The notes: generated by a model from the sequence alone, not told the origin. Positions 1 to 9,798 are shown, counted from the stretch's first letter. The stretch is 34,441 bases of DNA from Actinomycetales bacterium (GCA_045807245.1 JBJMHS010000006.1:1-34441), one strand, 5' to 3'. Program-made: numbers and translations.

Positions 1-309
1 CTCATGGTCTGCCCCTACCGCCATGTCGCCGGGTACGTCGATCTCACTCCCGAGGAGACGGACGAGGTCGCGACGGTGACGCAGGCGGCGATCCGCGCGC
101 TGTCGGAGGCGGCCGCACCGCACGGCTTCAACGTCGGCATGAACCAGGGCCCGGTCGCGGGGGCCGGCATCAGCGCGCACCTGCACCAGCACGTCGTACC
201 GCGATGGGGCGGCGATGCGAACTTCCTGCCGATCATCGCCCGTACCAAGGCGTTGCCGCAGCTGCTCGGTGAGACGCGGCAGCGGATCGCCGGCGCCTGG
301 CCGGCCTAG
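1..309 (+). CDS. HIT-family protein (Ap4A phosphorylase-like, Rv2613c type), 5'-truncated by window edge
   Basis: GFNVGMNQG..AGAGI..HLHQHVVPRWGGDANF HIT motif; usual position upstream of pgsA cluster; frame open at window start. Confidence 0.9.
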   Translation, partial: LMVCPYRHVAGYVDLTPEETDEVATVTQAAIRALSEAAAPHGFNVGMNQGPVAGAGISAHLHQHVVPRWGGDANFLPIIARTKALPQLLGETRQRIAGAWPA

Positions 310-354
310 TGCTCGCTTATCCAGCCGGCTGACTAGGACGGGTCTCGGGACTCC

Positions 355-2520
355 TCACTCGTCCATCTGCTTGATGTTGGACGCGACATGCGAGGGCATC
401 GGCTCGTGCCGGAGGTAGCTGCGCTCGAACGTCCCGGTGCCGTGCGAGAGCGACCGCAGGTCGATCGCGTAGCGCGTGATCTCCGTCTGCGGCACCTCGG
501 CCCGCACGACGCTGCGGCCGGCGCCGACGGGCTCGGTGCCGGTGACTCGGCCCCGCCGCGTCGACAGGTCGCTCATGACCGACCCGACGTACTCGTCCGA
601 GACGCTCACCGCCAGCTCGTCGAGCGGTTCGAGCAACGACACGCTCGACGCCTTCGCCGCCTCGCGCAGGGCCAGTGCGCCTGCAGTCTGGAAGGCCATG
701 TCGCTGGAGTCCACCGAGTGGGCCTTGCCGTCCACGAGGGTGACCTTGATGTCGACGACGGGGTAGCCGGCCATGACGCCGCGCTCCATCTGCGCGCGGA
801 CGCCCTTCTCCACGCTCGGGATGAACTGGCGGGGCACCGAGCCACCGACGACCTTGTCGACGAACTGGAACCCCTCACCCGAGCTCAGTGGCTCGACCTC
901 GATGTCACAGACGGCGTACTGGCCGTGCCCGCCGCTCTGCTTGACGTGTCGGCCGTGTCCCTTCGCCGGCCCGGAGAAGGTCTCGCGCAGTGACACGCGG
1001 AGCGGCACCGAGGTGACCTGCACGCCGTACCTCGTGGACAGGCGGTCCAGGAGCACGTCCACATGCGCCTCGCCCATCGTCCACAGGACGAGCTGGTGGG
1101 TCTCCGGGTTGTTCTCCAGACGCAGCGTCGGGTCCTCGACGACCAGTCGCTGCAGACCCTGGGACAGCTTGTCCTCGTCGGACTTCGTGGCCGCGACGAT
1201 GGCCACCGGGAGCAGCGAGTCCGGCAGCACCCAGGGCTCGACCAGGGCCGGGTCGTCCTTGTCCGAGAGCGTGTCGCTGGTCTCGGCGCGGGCCAGCTTG
1301 GCCACGGCGCAGATGTCACCGGCGATGCACTCGCCGACCGTCCGCTGTGCGGCCCCGAGCGGGCTGGACAGGGCGCCGACCCGCTCGTCGAGGTCGTGGT
1401 CCTCGTGACCCTCGATGTGACGGCCGGCGAACCGGTCCAGATGGCCGGACACGTGCAACGTCGTGTCCGGCCGCAACGTCCCCGAGAACACGCGCACCAG
1501 ACTGAGCCGGCCGACGTACGGGTCCGACGTGGTCTTGACCACCTCGGCCACCAAGGGTCCGGACGGGTCGCAGGTGAGGGGCGCCTTGGGGGCGCCGTCC
1601 GGGGCGGTCACCGCGGGGAGTGGGTGCTCGAGCGGTGACGGGAAGGCCTGGGTGATGATCTCGAGGATCTCCGCCGTGCCGATCCCGAGCGGCGCCGCGG
1701 AGGCCAGCACCGGGTAGAAGCTCCCGCGCGCCACAGCCTTCTCGAGGTCGGGGATGAGGATGTCGGTCGAGACCTCCTCGCCCGAGAGGTACCGGTCCAT
1801 CAGCGAGTCGTCCTCGGACTCCTGGATGACCGCCTCGATCAAGGCGTTCCGTCGTTCGGCGATCAGGTCCAGGTGCTCGGGGTCCGGCGTACGGGCCTGG
1901 CGCGAGCCACCGGAGTAGTCGAAGATCTGTTGCGAGAGCAGGCCGATCAGCCCGGCGACACCCTCGTCGTCGCCGTGGACCGGCAGGTACAGCGGCATGA
2001 CCCCGTCGCCGAACACGCGCTGGCAGATCGCCAGCGCCTCGTCGAAGTCGGCCCGGGCCTGGTCGAGCTTGCTGATCACGACCGCACGCGGCATGCCGAC
2101 GGCCGCGCACTCCTCCCAGAGCAGCCGCGTGGCGCCGTCCACGCCGTCCACGGCAGAGATGACGAACAAGGCGGCGTCGGCCGCTCGCAGTCCGGCCCGC
2201 AGCTCACCGACGAAGTCGGCGTAGCCGGGAGCGTCGAGCAGGTTGACCTTGACGCCTTGGTGCAGGAAGGGCGCCAGCGACAAGCCGACGGAACGCTGCT
2301 GGCGGCGCTCCGCGTCGTCGTAGTCGGTGACCGTCGTGCCGTCCTCGACGCGGCCGGCCCGCGTGATCGCTCCGGCTGCGACGAGCAGGGCCTCCGCGAG
2401 GGTCGTCTTGCCTGCTCCGGAGTGGCCGACCAGGACGACGTTGCGGATCGCGTCGGGCCGGTCGGCCGTCGGTGCCCCGCCCGCGGCTCCAGCAGTGTTC
2501 TGAGGTTGCCGTTCCGCCAT
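355..2520 (-). CDS. Elongation factor G-like GTPase (EF-G2 / FusA2-type paralogue)
   Basis: G1 GHSGAGKTT, G3 DAPGYADF, G4 SKLD, KQSGGHGQY and HSVDSSD EF-G domain IV motifs; ATG at 2520 preceded by AGGGA SD-like sequence (ORF track start 2544 is probably too long). Confidence 0.9.
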   Translation of the reverse strand: MAERQPQNTAGAAGGAPTADRPDAIRNVVLVGHSGAGKTTLAEALLVAAGAITRAGRVEDGTTVTDYDDAERRQQRSVGLSLAPFLHQGVKVNLLDAPGYADFVGELRAGLRAADAALFVISAVDGVDGATRLLWEECAAVGMPRAVVISKLDQARADFDEALAICQRVFGDGVMPLYLPVHGDDEGVAGLIGLLSQQIFDYSGGSRQARTPDPEHLDLIAERRNALIEAVIQESEDDSLMDRYLSGEEVSTDILIPDLEKAVARGSFYPVLASAAPLGIGTAEILEIITQAFPSPLEHPLPAVTAPDGAPKAPLTCDPSGPLVAEVVKTTSDPYVGRLSLVRVFSGTLRPDTTLHVSGHLDRFAGRHIEGHEDHDLDERVGALSSPLGAAQRTVGECIAGDICAVAKLARAETSDTLSDKDDPALVEPWVLPDSLLPVAIVAATKSDEDKLSQGLQRLVVEDPTLRLENNPETHQLVLWTMGEAHVDVLLDRLSTRYGVQVTSVPLRVSLRETFSGPAKGHGRHVKQSGGHGQYAVCDIEVEPLSSGEGFQFVDKVVGGSVPRQFIPSVEKGVRAQMERGVMAGYPVVDIKVTLVDGKAHSVDSSDMAFQTAGALALREAAKASSVSLLEPLDELAVSVSDEYVGSVMSDLSTRRGRVTGTEPVGAGRSVVRAEVPQTEITRYAIDLRSLSHGTGTFERSYLRHEPMPSHVASNIKQMDE

Positions 2521-2642
2521 CGGAAAGTCCCTTCCCTGGAGCACCTGGAGCAGCGGGCCGCCTCACGGCCGTCCGTGCGGTACCTGCAACCTTGTTCCAG
2601 TCCGGGCCGGTGCACAAGACCGATCGCTACGATCGCGGCGAC

Positions 2643-3272
2643 ATGTTGAACCGATTCGCCCGGGCTTTCTTCGGCCGGCTCTTCACCCCGGTCGCCCGGC
2701 TCCTGCTGCGACTCGGGATCAGCCCCGACGTGGTGACGCTGGTGGGCACCCTGGGGGTGGCAGCGGGTGCCCTCGGGTTCTATCCGCGGCACGCCTTCTT
2801 CTGGGGCACGTTCGTCATCACCCTGTTCGTGTTCTCGGACACCGTCGACGGCCTGATGGCCCGGATGAGTGAGCGGTCGTCCAGCTGGGGTGCCTATCTG
2901 GACTCGACCCTCGACCGCGTCGGCGACGCGGCCATCTTCGGCGGCCTGGTGCTGTGGTACGCCGGGCGCGGCGACAACATCGCGATGGCGTCGCTCGCGC
3001 TGGCCTGCCTCATCCTGGGCAGCGTCGTCTCGTACGCGAAGGCGCGGGCCGAAGGTCTGGGGATGACGGCGAACGTCGGTATCGCCGAGCGCGCGGACCG
3101 GCTGGTCGCCGTGCTCGTCACGACCGGCCTGGTCGGCCTCGGGCTGCCCGAGGTGGTGCTCGCCGTCGTCCTCGCGTTGCTGGGCCTGGCCAGCCTGGTC
3201 ACCGTCGTCCAGCGCATGTTGACGGTGCGCCGCCAGGCTCTGTCCACCGCCGGACCGCCCGCCGCCGGATGA
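2643..3272 (+). CDS. pgsA: Phosphatidylinositol phosphate synthase (CDP-alcohol phosphatidyltransferase)
   Basis: DTVDGLMAR...GAYLDSTLDRVGD CDP-AP signature; SYAKARAEGLG; first gene of the PIM operon; ATG at 2643. Confidence 0.92.
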   Translation: MLNRFARAFFGRLFTPVARLLLRLGISPDVVTLVGTLGVAAGALGFYPRHAFFWGTFVITLFVFSDTVDGLMARMSERSSSWGAYLDSTLDRVGDAAIFGGLVLWYAGRGDNIAMASLALACLILGSVVSYAKARAEGLGMTANVGIAERADRLVAVLVTTGLVGLGLPEVVLAVVLALLGLASLVTVVQRMLTVRRQALSTAGPPAAG

Positions 3273-4228
3273 GCAGGGTGAACGGCTGGCTCGTCACCCG
3301 GGCCTACTTCGCCGGCTGGCGGCTGGTCCGCCTGTTGCCGGAGCGCGCCGCGTACCGCGTGTTCCAGTCGATCGCCGACCGCTCGTGGAGGCGCCGGGGG
3401 GAGTCGGTGCGGCGGCTCGAAGGCAACCTCGCCCGGGTCAGGCCCAGCGCCGGTGAGGCGGAGCTGCGTGAGCTGTCGAAGGCGGCGATGCGGTCCTACC
3501 TGCGCTACTACTGCGACACGTTCCGCCTGCCCGGGTGGTCGCGGGACCGGCTGGTCGGCACCGTTCGCACCGTCGGTGACACCGCCGTGCGGGAGCTGCT
3601 CGCTCGAGGTGGGTCGGTCGTGATGTTCCTGGCCCACATGGGCAACTGGGACCACGCCGGTGCGTGGTCGACGGTCGAGCTGGCTCAGGTCACGACCGTC
3701 GCCGAGCAGCTCGAACCGCAGGCCGTGTTCACGGCGTTCCTGGGCTTCCGCGAGGGGCTCGGGATGCGGATCGTCCCGCTGTCAGGAGGTGAGGTCTTCC
3801 GGACGCTGCTCCTGGCGCTGCGCGAGCCCGGCACCTTCATGCCGCTGCTGGCCGACCGTGACCTGAGCCAGAACGGCGTCTACGTCACCTTCTTCGGCGA
3901 GTCCGCCCGGATGGCAGCCGGTCCGGCCGCCCTCGCCCTGGCGACCGGCGCGGCCCTGTTCCCCGTGTCGATCCACTACGAGGAGCTGGGCCGCGGACGC
4001 CACGGCATCGTCATCACCTGGCACGACGAAGTGCCCGTGCCGGAGGGGCGGCGGGGCGCCCAGGTGGTCGCGATGACCCAGGCGTGCGCGGACGCGCTGG
4101 CCGGCGCGATCGCCGAGCATCCGGAGGACTGGCACATGCTGCAGCGCGTGTTCACCGCGGACTTCGACGCCGCGGGGACCGGCGAACGTGAGGACCGCGG
4201 GCCCGTCGGCGCCCGGACATCCCCGTGA
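3269..4228 (+). CDS. Phosphatidylinositol mannoside acyltransferase (PatA/Rv2611c-like)
   Basis: HMGNWD catalytic motif, LLADRDL, HPEDWHMLQ; ATGA overlap with pgsA stop. Confidence 0.9.
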   Translation: MSRVNGWLVTRAYFAGWRLVRLLPERAAYRVFQSIADRSWRRRGESVRRLEGNLARVRPSAGEAELRELSKAAMRSYLRYYCDTFRLPGWSRDRLVGTVRTVGDTAVRELLARGGSVVMFLAHMGNWDHAGAWSTVELAQVTTVAEQLEPQAVFTAFLGFREGLGMRIVPLSGGEVFRTLLLALREPGTFMPLLADRDLSQNGVYVTFFGESARMAAGPAALALATGAALFPVSIHYEELGRGRHGIVITWHDEVPVPEGRRGAQVVAMTQACADALAGAIAEHPEDWHMLQRVFTADFDAAGTGEREDRGPVGARTSP

Positions 4229-5328
4229 GAGTCGGGATCGTCTGTCCCTACAGCCTCGACGTGCCGGGTGGAGTCGGGTGGCACTGCCGTGACCTGGCCG
4301 AGCAGCTCCTCGCCACGGACCACACGGTCAGCATGCTGGCGCCGGCTGACGATGACACACCCGTTCCGCCGTACGTCGTCGCCGCCGGGCGCGCGATTCC
4401 GGTGCGCTACAACGGTTCTGTGGCCCGAGTGAACTTCGGGCCCGTCTCCGCGGCACGCACCCGTCGGTGGCTCGACGACGGTGGGTTTGACGTGGTCCAC
4501 ATCCACGAGCCGGTCAGTCCCAGCCTCTCGCTGCTGGCGTTGTGGGCGGCGGAAGGCCCGATCGTCGCGACGTTCCACACGTCGAACCTGAGGTCCCGTG
4601 CCATGCAGACCGCTTATCCGCTGCTGCGCCCGAGCCTGGAGAAGATCGCCGCCCGCATCGCGGTCTCGGAGGACGCGCGTCGTACCGTCACGAACCACAT
4701 CGGAGGTGACGCGATCGTCATACCGAACGGGGTGTACGTCGACCGGTTCGCCTCCGCCGCAACGAGATCCGAGTGGATCGGTACGCCGTCAGCCCCGACG
4801 GTCGCGTTCCTCGGCCGCATCGACGAGCCCCGGAAAGGCCTGCACGTCCTGCTCTCCGCGCTGCCCGCGGTCCTGCGAGCGATGCCGCGGCTGCGCGTGC
4901 TCATCGCCGGGACGGGCGACGCGGAGGAGGCCCGGTCGGACCTGCCGAGCGACGTGGCGAGCGCCTGCACGTTCCTCGGGCAGGTGAGTGACGTGGACAA
5001 GGCGTCCCTGCTGCGCTCGGTCGATGTGTACGTGGCACCACACACGGGCCGGGAGAGCTTCGGCATCGTGCTGGTCGAGGCCATGAGCGCGGGCACGGCC
5101 GTCCTGGCGAGCGACCTGCCGGCCTTCCGGCGCGTGCTGGACGACGGCGAGTGCGGCGCGCTCGTGACGCCCGGCGACTCGACCGCCCTGGCGGATGCGC
5201 TGACCCAGCTCCTGGCCGACCCGCCGCGGCGCGCGCTGCTGGCCGAGCGGGGGAGGGCCGAGGTGACGCGGTACGGCTGGCCGGTGGTCGCGCGTCAGAT
5301 CGTCGACGTGTACGAGACGGTGGCGTGA
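4225..5328 (+). CDS. pimA: GDP-mannose-dependent phosphatidylinositol alpha-mannosyltransferase (GT4)
   Basis: MRVGIVCPYS.DVPGGV, YNGSVAR, HIHEP, GRIDEPRKG, ESFGIVLVEAM; GTGA overlap; operon context. Confidence 0.9.
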   Translation: MRVGIVCPYSLDVPGGVGWHCRDLAEQLLATDHTVSMLAPADDDTPVPPYVVAAGRAIPVRYNGSVARVNFGPVSAARTRRWLDDGGFDVVHIHEPVSPSLSLLALWAAEGPIVATFHTSNLRSRAMQTAYPLLRPSLEKIAARIAVSEDARRTVTNHIGGDAIVIPNGVYVDRFASAATRSEWIGTPSAPTVAFLGRIDEPRKGLHVLLSALPAVLRAMPRLRVLIAGTGDAEEARSDLPSDVASACTFLGQVSDVDKASLLRSVDVYVAPHTGRESFGIVLVEAMSAGTAVLASDLPAFRRVLDDGECGALVTPGDSTALADALTQLLADPPRRALLAERGRAEVTRYGWPVVARQIVDVYETVA

Positions 5329-5894
5329 TGGACCGCACCTGGCTGGTCCTCGCGCTCATCGGCGTGCTGACCGCGGCCTGGTACCTCTCGTTCTCCGCCT
5401 CGCGCCTTGACCGGCTGCACCACCGGGTCGAGGGGGCGCGCGCCAGCCTCGACGCGCAGCTGGTCCGCCGGGCGGAGGCGTCGGTCGAGCTGGCGACGTC
5501 CGGGCTGCTCGACCCGGCCACCGGGCTGCTCGTGGCCGGAGCCGCGTCGGATGCGCTGGCGGCAGGCGAGGCCGAGAGCACGCCGGACGGTGCGGGCACG
5601 GCCGAGCGGGAGACGGCCGAGAGCGACCTGTCGCATGCGCTGGACCAGGCGCTCGTCGCCGAGACGGTCGCCGTGGCACGCGGCTCCGAGCTCGGTGACC
5701 AGCTGCTCGACCGGCTCGAGTCGGCCGGTCACCGGGTGCAGCTCGGTCGCCGGTTCCACAACCAGGCCGTCACCGATGCCCAGCGGGTGCGGCGCAAGCG
5801 GGTCGTGCGCTGGTTCCGGCTGGCCGGACGGGCCGCGATGCCCCAGACGTTCGAGATGGACGACAAGCTGCCCGAGGCGCTCAGCCGGCACTGA
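5328..5894 (+). CDS. LemA-like membrane-anchored protein
   Basis: N-terminal TM helix, RLDRLHHRV...LDAQLVRR, RVQLGRRFHNQAV (LemA-like); TGATG overlap with pimA stop; conserved position. Confidence 0.75.
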   Translation: MDRTWLVLALIGVLTAAWYLSFSASRLDRLHHRVEGARASLDAQLVRRAEASVELATSGLLDPATGLLVAGAASDALAAGEAESTPDGAGTAERETAESDLSHALDQALVAETVAVARGSELGDQLLDRLESAGHRVQLGRRFHNQAVTDAQRVRRKRVVRWFRLAGRAAMPQTFEMDDKLPEALSRH

Positions 5895-5933
5895 ACCGGC
5901 ACTGAACCGGCGCTGAGCCGGTGCTGAACCGGC
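5876..5933. repeat. Five tandem copies of an 11-bp unit (consensus GGCRCTGARCC)
   Basis: ggcgctcagcc/ggcactgaacc/ggcactgaacc/ggcgctgagcc/ggtgctgaacc/ggc read directly. Confidence 0.9.
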
Positions 5934-6069
5934 TGCCGTCGCGCGAGCGGTCCAATGCGCCGCAAGTTGCCTGGCCATGGCGTCCGGGAGCTCGGTGCGC
6001 CGCCGCCCCGGCCTACGATGAGAGTGCGGGCACAGCGCCCGACAGGCCAAGCAACGAGTGAGGTTCGTC

Positions 6070-7002
6070 GTGTCCACCATCCCCAACACGAGCAGCGCCG
6101 GCGACGGCAGCGTCAACGCAGGCGTGACCGGCACCGCGCGCGTCAAGCGCGGCATGGCCGAGATGCTCAAGGGCGGCGTCATCATGGACGTCGTCACCGC
6201 GGACCAGGCGCGCATCGCCGAGGACGCCGGCGCGGTCGCCGTGATGGCGCTCGAGCGGGTGCCCGCCGACATCCGGGCCCAGGGCGGCGTCGCCCGGATG
6301 AGCGACCCGGATCTCATCGACGGGATCGTCGACGCCGTGTCCATCCCCGTCATGGCGAAGGCGCGCATCGGGCACTTCGTCGAGGCTCAGCTGCTGCAGG
6401 CGCTGGGCGTCGACTACATCGACGAGTCCGAGGTGCTGACGCCGGCGGACTACGCCAACCACATCGACAAGTGGGCATTCACCGTCCCGTTCGTCTGCGG
6501 TGCGACGAACCTGGGCGAGGCCCTGCGCCGGATCACCGAGGGCGCCGCCATGATCCGGTCCAAGGGCGAGGCCGGCACGGGCGACGTCTCCAACGCGACC
6601 ATGCACATGCGCAAGATCGGCGGCGAGATCCGCCGGCTGACGTCGATGAGCGAGGACGAGCTGTACGTCGCGGCGAAGGAGCTGCAGGCCCCCTACGACC
6701 TGGTCGCCGAGGTGGCCAAGGCCGGCAAGCTGCCTGTCGTCCTGTTCACGGCCGGCGGCATCGCCACCCCGGCCGACGCGGCGATGATGATGCAGCTGGG
6801 TGCCGAGGGAGTGTTCGTCGGGTCGGGCATCTTCAAGTCGGGCAACCCGGCCGAGCGCGCCGCCGCGATCGTCAAGGCCACCACCTTCTACGACGACCCG
6901 GACGTGATCGCGAAGGTCTCCCGGGGCCTGGGCGAGGCCATGGTGGGCATCAACGTCGAAGAGGTCCCCGAGCCCCACCGGCTGGCCGAGCGCGGCTGGT
7001 GA
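6070..7002 (+). CDS. pdxS: Pyridoxal 5'-phosphate synthase lyase subunit
   Basis: [50 protein letters not shown] at 6070 after GTGAGG SD; candidate -10 TACGAT at 6014-6019. Confidence 0.97.
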   Translation: MSTIPNTSSAGDGSVNAGVTGTARVKRGMAEMLKGGVIMDVVTADQARIAEDAGAVAVMALERVPADIRAQGGVARMSDPDLIDGIVDAVSIPVMAKARIGHFVEAQLLQALGVDYIDESEVLTPADYANHIDKWAFTVPFVCGATNLGEALRRITEGAAMIRSKGEAGTGDVSNATMHMRKIGGEIRRLTSMSEDELYVAAKELQAPYDLVAEVAKAGKLPVVLFTAGGIATPADAAMMMQLGAEGVFVGSGIFKSGNPAERAAAIVKATTFYDDPDVIAKVSRGLGEAMVGINVEEVPEPHRLAERGW

Positions 7003-7020
7003 AGCCGGCCCGCCGCTTCA
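7000..7020. terminator. Short hairpin between convergent pdxS and kynU, closed by the two stop codons
   Basis: TGAAGC-c-GGC-cc-GCC-GCTTCA; no U-tract. Confidence 0.4.
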
Positions 7021-8280
7021 GGTGACGGTGGAGCGGACGGCGAACCGTTCGTCCTCATGCTCGCCCGCGTCGAGCACGGCGGCCAGGTGCTCGGTCGCGC
7101 GCAGGCAGTCGGCATGCGTCACGTACAGCGGTGCGAAGCCGAGCCGCACGATGTCCGGCTCGCGGTAGTCGCCGACCACCCGGCGCGCGATCAGCGCCTG
7201 CACCACGCCGTACGCCGAGGGGTGACGCAGGGCGACCTGGGAGCCGCGCCGGCCCGGGTCGCGGGGTGACACGACCTCGACCTGCGGCACCAGGGCATCC
7301 ACGCAGTCGATGAAGAAGCGGGTGAGCGAGAGCGACGCGGCACGGACATCGCTCATCGCCAGGCCGTCGTACGCCGAGAGCGCGGCCTCCATGGCGAGCA
7401 GCGAGAGCATCGGCGGAGTGCCGACCCGAGCCCGGTCGATGCCGTCCGCCGGGGAGAAAGTGGACTGCATGGAGAACGGCTCACGGTGACCGTTCCAGCC
7501 GGTCAGCGGCTGGTCGAACGCCGACTGGTTGCGGGTCGCGACGTAGACGAACGCGGGGGACCCGGGGCCGCCGTTCAGATACTTGTACGTGCAGCCGACG
7601 GCCAGGTCGACGCCGTGTCGGTCCAAGCCGACGTCGACGACTCCGGCCGAGTGGCACAGGTCCCACAGGGACAGTGCGCCGGCGGCCCGGGCCGCCTGGG
7701 TCAGACGGGGCAGGTCCCAGAGCTCGCCGCTGCGGAAGTCGACGTGCGACAGCGAGACCAGGGCCACGTCGTCACCCCGGGCCGCCAAGACCCGTTCGAC
7801 GTCGGGAGGCGAGGCGAGCACGATCTCGCAACCGGTGATCGATGAAACACCTTGCAACACATAGAGATCCGTCGGGAAGGACGCCGGGTCCGCCACAACC
7901 ACGGGCCGCCCGGGCCGCATGCGCAGCGCCGCGACGTAGCACTTGAACAGGTTGACCGAGGTCGAGTCGCCGGCGAGGACCTGGCCCGGGGCGGCACCCA
8001 CCAGGCTGCCGAGGCGGTCACCGATCCGCCTCTGCGCGGACCACCAGTCGTGCGAGTTCCAGCTGGCGATCAGGTCGGTACCCCACTGCCGTGACACCAC
8101 GTCCTCGACCACGCCACGCACCCCGCGCGGAAGGGCCCCCAGGCTGTTGCCGTCGAGGTAGACCAGGCCGTCCGGCAGCTCGAAACGGCTGCGCGCCGAT
8201 GCGCCCAGACCGGTGGCGTCGAGGTGTCGGGCCTGGGCCCGGAGGGAGCGCAGGACGTCGTCGCGCGCTGCCTCGGCCAC
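7018..8280 (-). CDS. kynU: Kynureninase (PLP-dependent)
   Basis: [46 protein letters not shown] (PLP Lys); start placed at GTG 8280 because the longer ORF overlaps pdxT. Confidence 0.92.
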   Translation of the reverse strand: MAEAARDDVLRSLRAQARHLDATGLGASARSRFELPDGLVYLDGNSLGALPRGVRGVVEDVVSRQWGTDLIASWNSHDWWSAQRRIGDRLGSLVGAAPGQVLAGDSTSVNLFKCYVAALRMRPGRPVVVADPASFPTDLYVLQGVSSITGCEIVLASPPDVERVLAARGDDVALVSLSHVDFRSGELWDLPRLTQAARAAGALSLWDLCHSAGVVDVGLDRHGVDLAVGCTYKYLNGGPGSPAFVYVATRNQSAFDQPLTGWNGHREPFSMQSTFSPADGIDRARVGTPPMLSLLAMEAALSAYDGLAMSDVRAASLSLTRFFIDCVDALVPQVEVVSPRDPGRRGSQVALRHPSAYGVVQALIARRVVGDYREPDIVRLGFAPLYVTHADCLRATEHLAAVLDAGEHEDERFAVRSTVT

Positions 8281-8317
8281 GACACGGACCCTAGTGCCGC
8301 CCGTACGCTTTTCGGTC
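8281..8317. promoter_or_regulatory. Divergent promoter pair for leaderless kynU and pdxT
   Basis: Minus-strand TAGGGT (8293-8288) lies 7 nt before kynU GTG; plus-strand TACGCT (8304-8309) lies 8 nt before pdxT GTG; neither gene has an SD. Confidence 0.6.
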
Positions 8318-8947
8318 GTGAGCAACGGTGCGGTCATCGGGGTCCTCGCCCTCCAGGGTGACGTGCGCGAACATGCCCGTGTCCTGGAGTCCTTGGGGGC
8401 GCGGGCCGTCAGCGTCCGGCGACCCGAGGAGATCGAGGGTCTGGACGGCATCGTGCTGCCTGGGGGCGAGTCGACCACCATCGACAAGCTGACCCGGGCG
8501 TTCGGGGTGCGCGACCCGCTCCGGGACGCGCTGAAGGCCGGGCTCCCGGCGTACGGCTCGTGTGCGGGGATGATCCTGCTGGCCGACCGGATCGAGGACG
8601 GGCGGCCGGACCAGGAGACCCTGGGCGGCATCGACATGACGGTCCGGCGCAACGCCTTCGGGCGCCAGGTGGACTCGTTCGAGACGGACCTGGACTTCGC
8701 TCACGTCGGGCCGGATCCCGTGCACGCGGTCTTCATCCGTGCGCCCTGGGTCGAGGAGGTCGGCCCGGCCGTGGAGGTGCTGGCGAGCGTGCCTGCGACT
8801 GCTGACCGCGGGCCGGCCGCCGGTAGGATCGTCGCGGTTCGGCAGGGCGCCCTGCTGGCCACCTCGTTCCACCCCGAGATGACGGGGGAGCGCCGCGTCC
8901 ACGACCTGTTCGTGCGCATGGTGCGCGAGCGGCAGACGCAGCAGTGA
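8318..8947 (+). CDS. pdxT: Pyridoxal 5'-phosphate synthase glutaminase subunit
   Basis: [24 protein letters not shown] (catalytic Cys), [21 protein letters not shown]. Confidence 0.96.
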   Translation: MSNGAVIGVLALQGDVREHARVLESLGARAVSVRRPEEIEGLDGIVLPGGESTTIDKLTRAFGVRDPLRDALKAGLPAYGSCAGMILLADRIEDGRPDQETLGGIDMTVRRNAFGRQVDSFETDLDFAHVGPDPVHAVFIRAPWVEEVGPAVEVLASVPATADRGPAAGRIVAVRQGALLATSFHPEMTGERRVHDLFVRMVRERQTQQ

Positions 8948-8960
8948 CGAAGGAGCGTTC

Positions 8961-9716
8961 ATGAGCGGCCACTCCAAGTGGGCGACGACCAAGCACAAGA
9001 AGGCGGTCATCGACGCCAAGCGGGGCAAGCTGTTCGCGAAGCTGATCAAGAACATCGAGGTCGCGGCCCGCACCGGCGGCGGCGACCCGGACGCGAACCC
9101 GACGCTGTACGACGCGATCTACAAGGCCAAGAAGACGTCGGTGCCGAACGACAACATCGACCGGGCCGTCAAGCGCGGTTCGGGTGCGGCCGCGGGCGGC
9201 GCCGACTACCAGACGATCATGTACGAGGGCTACGCCCCCGGTGGTGTGGCCGTCCTCGTCGAGTGCCTGACCGACAACCGCAACCGAGCGGCCGCCGAGG
9301 TGCGCACCGCCCTGACACGCAGCGGTGGCACCCTCGCCGACCCCGGCAGCGTCGCCTACATGTTCAGCCGCAAGGGAGTCGTCATCGTCGGCAGGGAGGG
9401 AGCCACCCCCAGCGAGGACGACGTGTTGGCGGCCGTCCTGGACGCGGGCGCCGAGGAGGTCAACGACCTCGGTGAGTCGTTCGAAGTGATCAGCGAGGCG
9501 ACCGACTTGGTGTCGGTGCGCAGTGCCTTGCAGGCCGCGGGGATCGACTACGAGTCAGCCGAGGTCGAGTTCGTGCCCAGCGTGACCGTCGCGCTGGACG
9601 AGGACGGCGCGCGCAAGGTCTTTCGGTTGATCGAGGCACTCGAGGACAGCGACGACGTGCAGAACGTCTTCGCCAACTACGACGTCTCCGACGAGATCAT
9701 GGAAGCGGTCGGCTGA
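8961..9716 (+). CDS. YebC/PmpR-family protein
   Basis: [48 protein letters not shown]. Confidence 0.95.
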   Translation: MSGHSKWATTKHKKAVIDAKRGKLFAKLIKNIEVAARTGGGDPDANPTLYDAIYKAKKTSVPNDNIDRAVKRGSGAAAGGADYQTIMYEGYAPGGVAVLVECLTDNRNRAAAEVRTALTRSGGTLADPGSVAYMFSRKGVVIVGREGATPSEDDVLAAVLDAGAEEVNDLGESFEVISEATDLVSVRSALQAAGIDYESAEVEFVPSVTVALDEDGARKVFRLIEALEDSDDVQNVFANYDVSDEIMEAVG

Positions 9717-9764
9717 CCCGGCGTTTCGCTCCCCACCGCCGGACTGTGCGCTGTGTAGCGTGGC

Positions 9765-9784
9765 GTCCGAACACATGTTCGGAC
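9765..9784 (+). promoter_or_regulatory. LexA (SOS) box upstream of ruvCAB
   Basis: CGAAC-ACAT-GTTCG (9768-9781) inside palindrome GTCCGAACA-CA-TGTTCGGAC, just downstream of candidate -10 TAGCGT (9756-9761); matches the Gram-positive/actinobacterial CGAAC-N4-GTTCG consensus. Confidence 0.9.
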
Positions 9785-9798
9785 GAGAGGTGTCGCTG

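Noticed and set aside
305..337. CCTAGT...ACTAGG (two CTAG) after the HIT stop as an IS footprint
   Set aside because: Too short, with no terminal inverted repeats or transposase; may be a weak hairpin between convergent genes.
5948..6052. GGTCCAAT / TGGCCA / GGCCAA as PdxR (MocR) sites upstream of pdxS
   Set aside because: Only weak resemblance, no pdxR in the window, and such words are frequent in GC-rich DNA.
7018..8652. 544-aa kynureninase ORF overlapping pdxT
   Set aside because: The extension is antisense to pdxT; homology-like sequence begins near 8280.
9736..9761. PafBC motif at the ruvC promoter
   Set aside because: The position 10 nt upstream of TAGCGT reads CGGACT, not TGTCGG.
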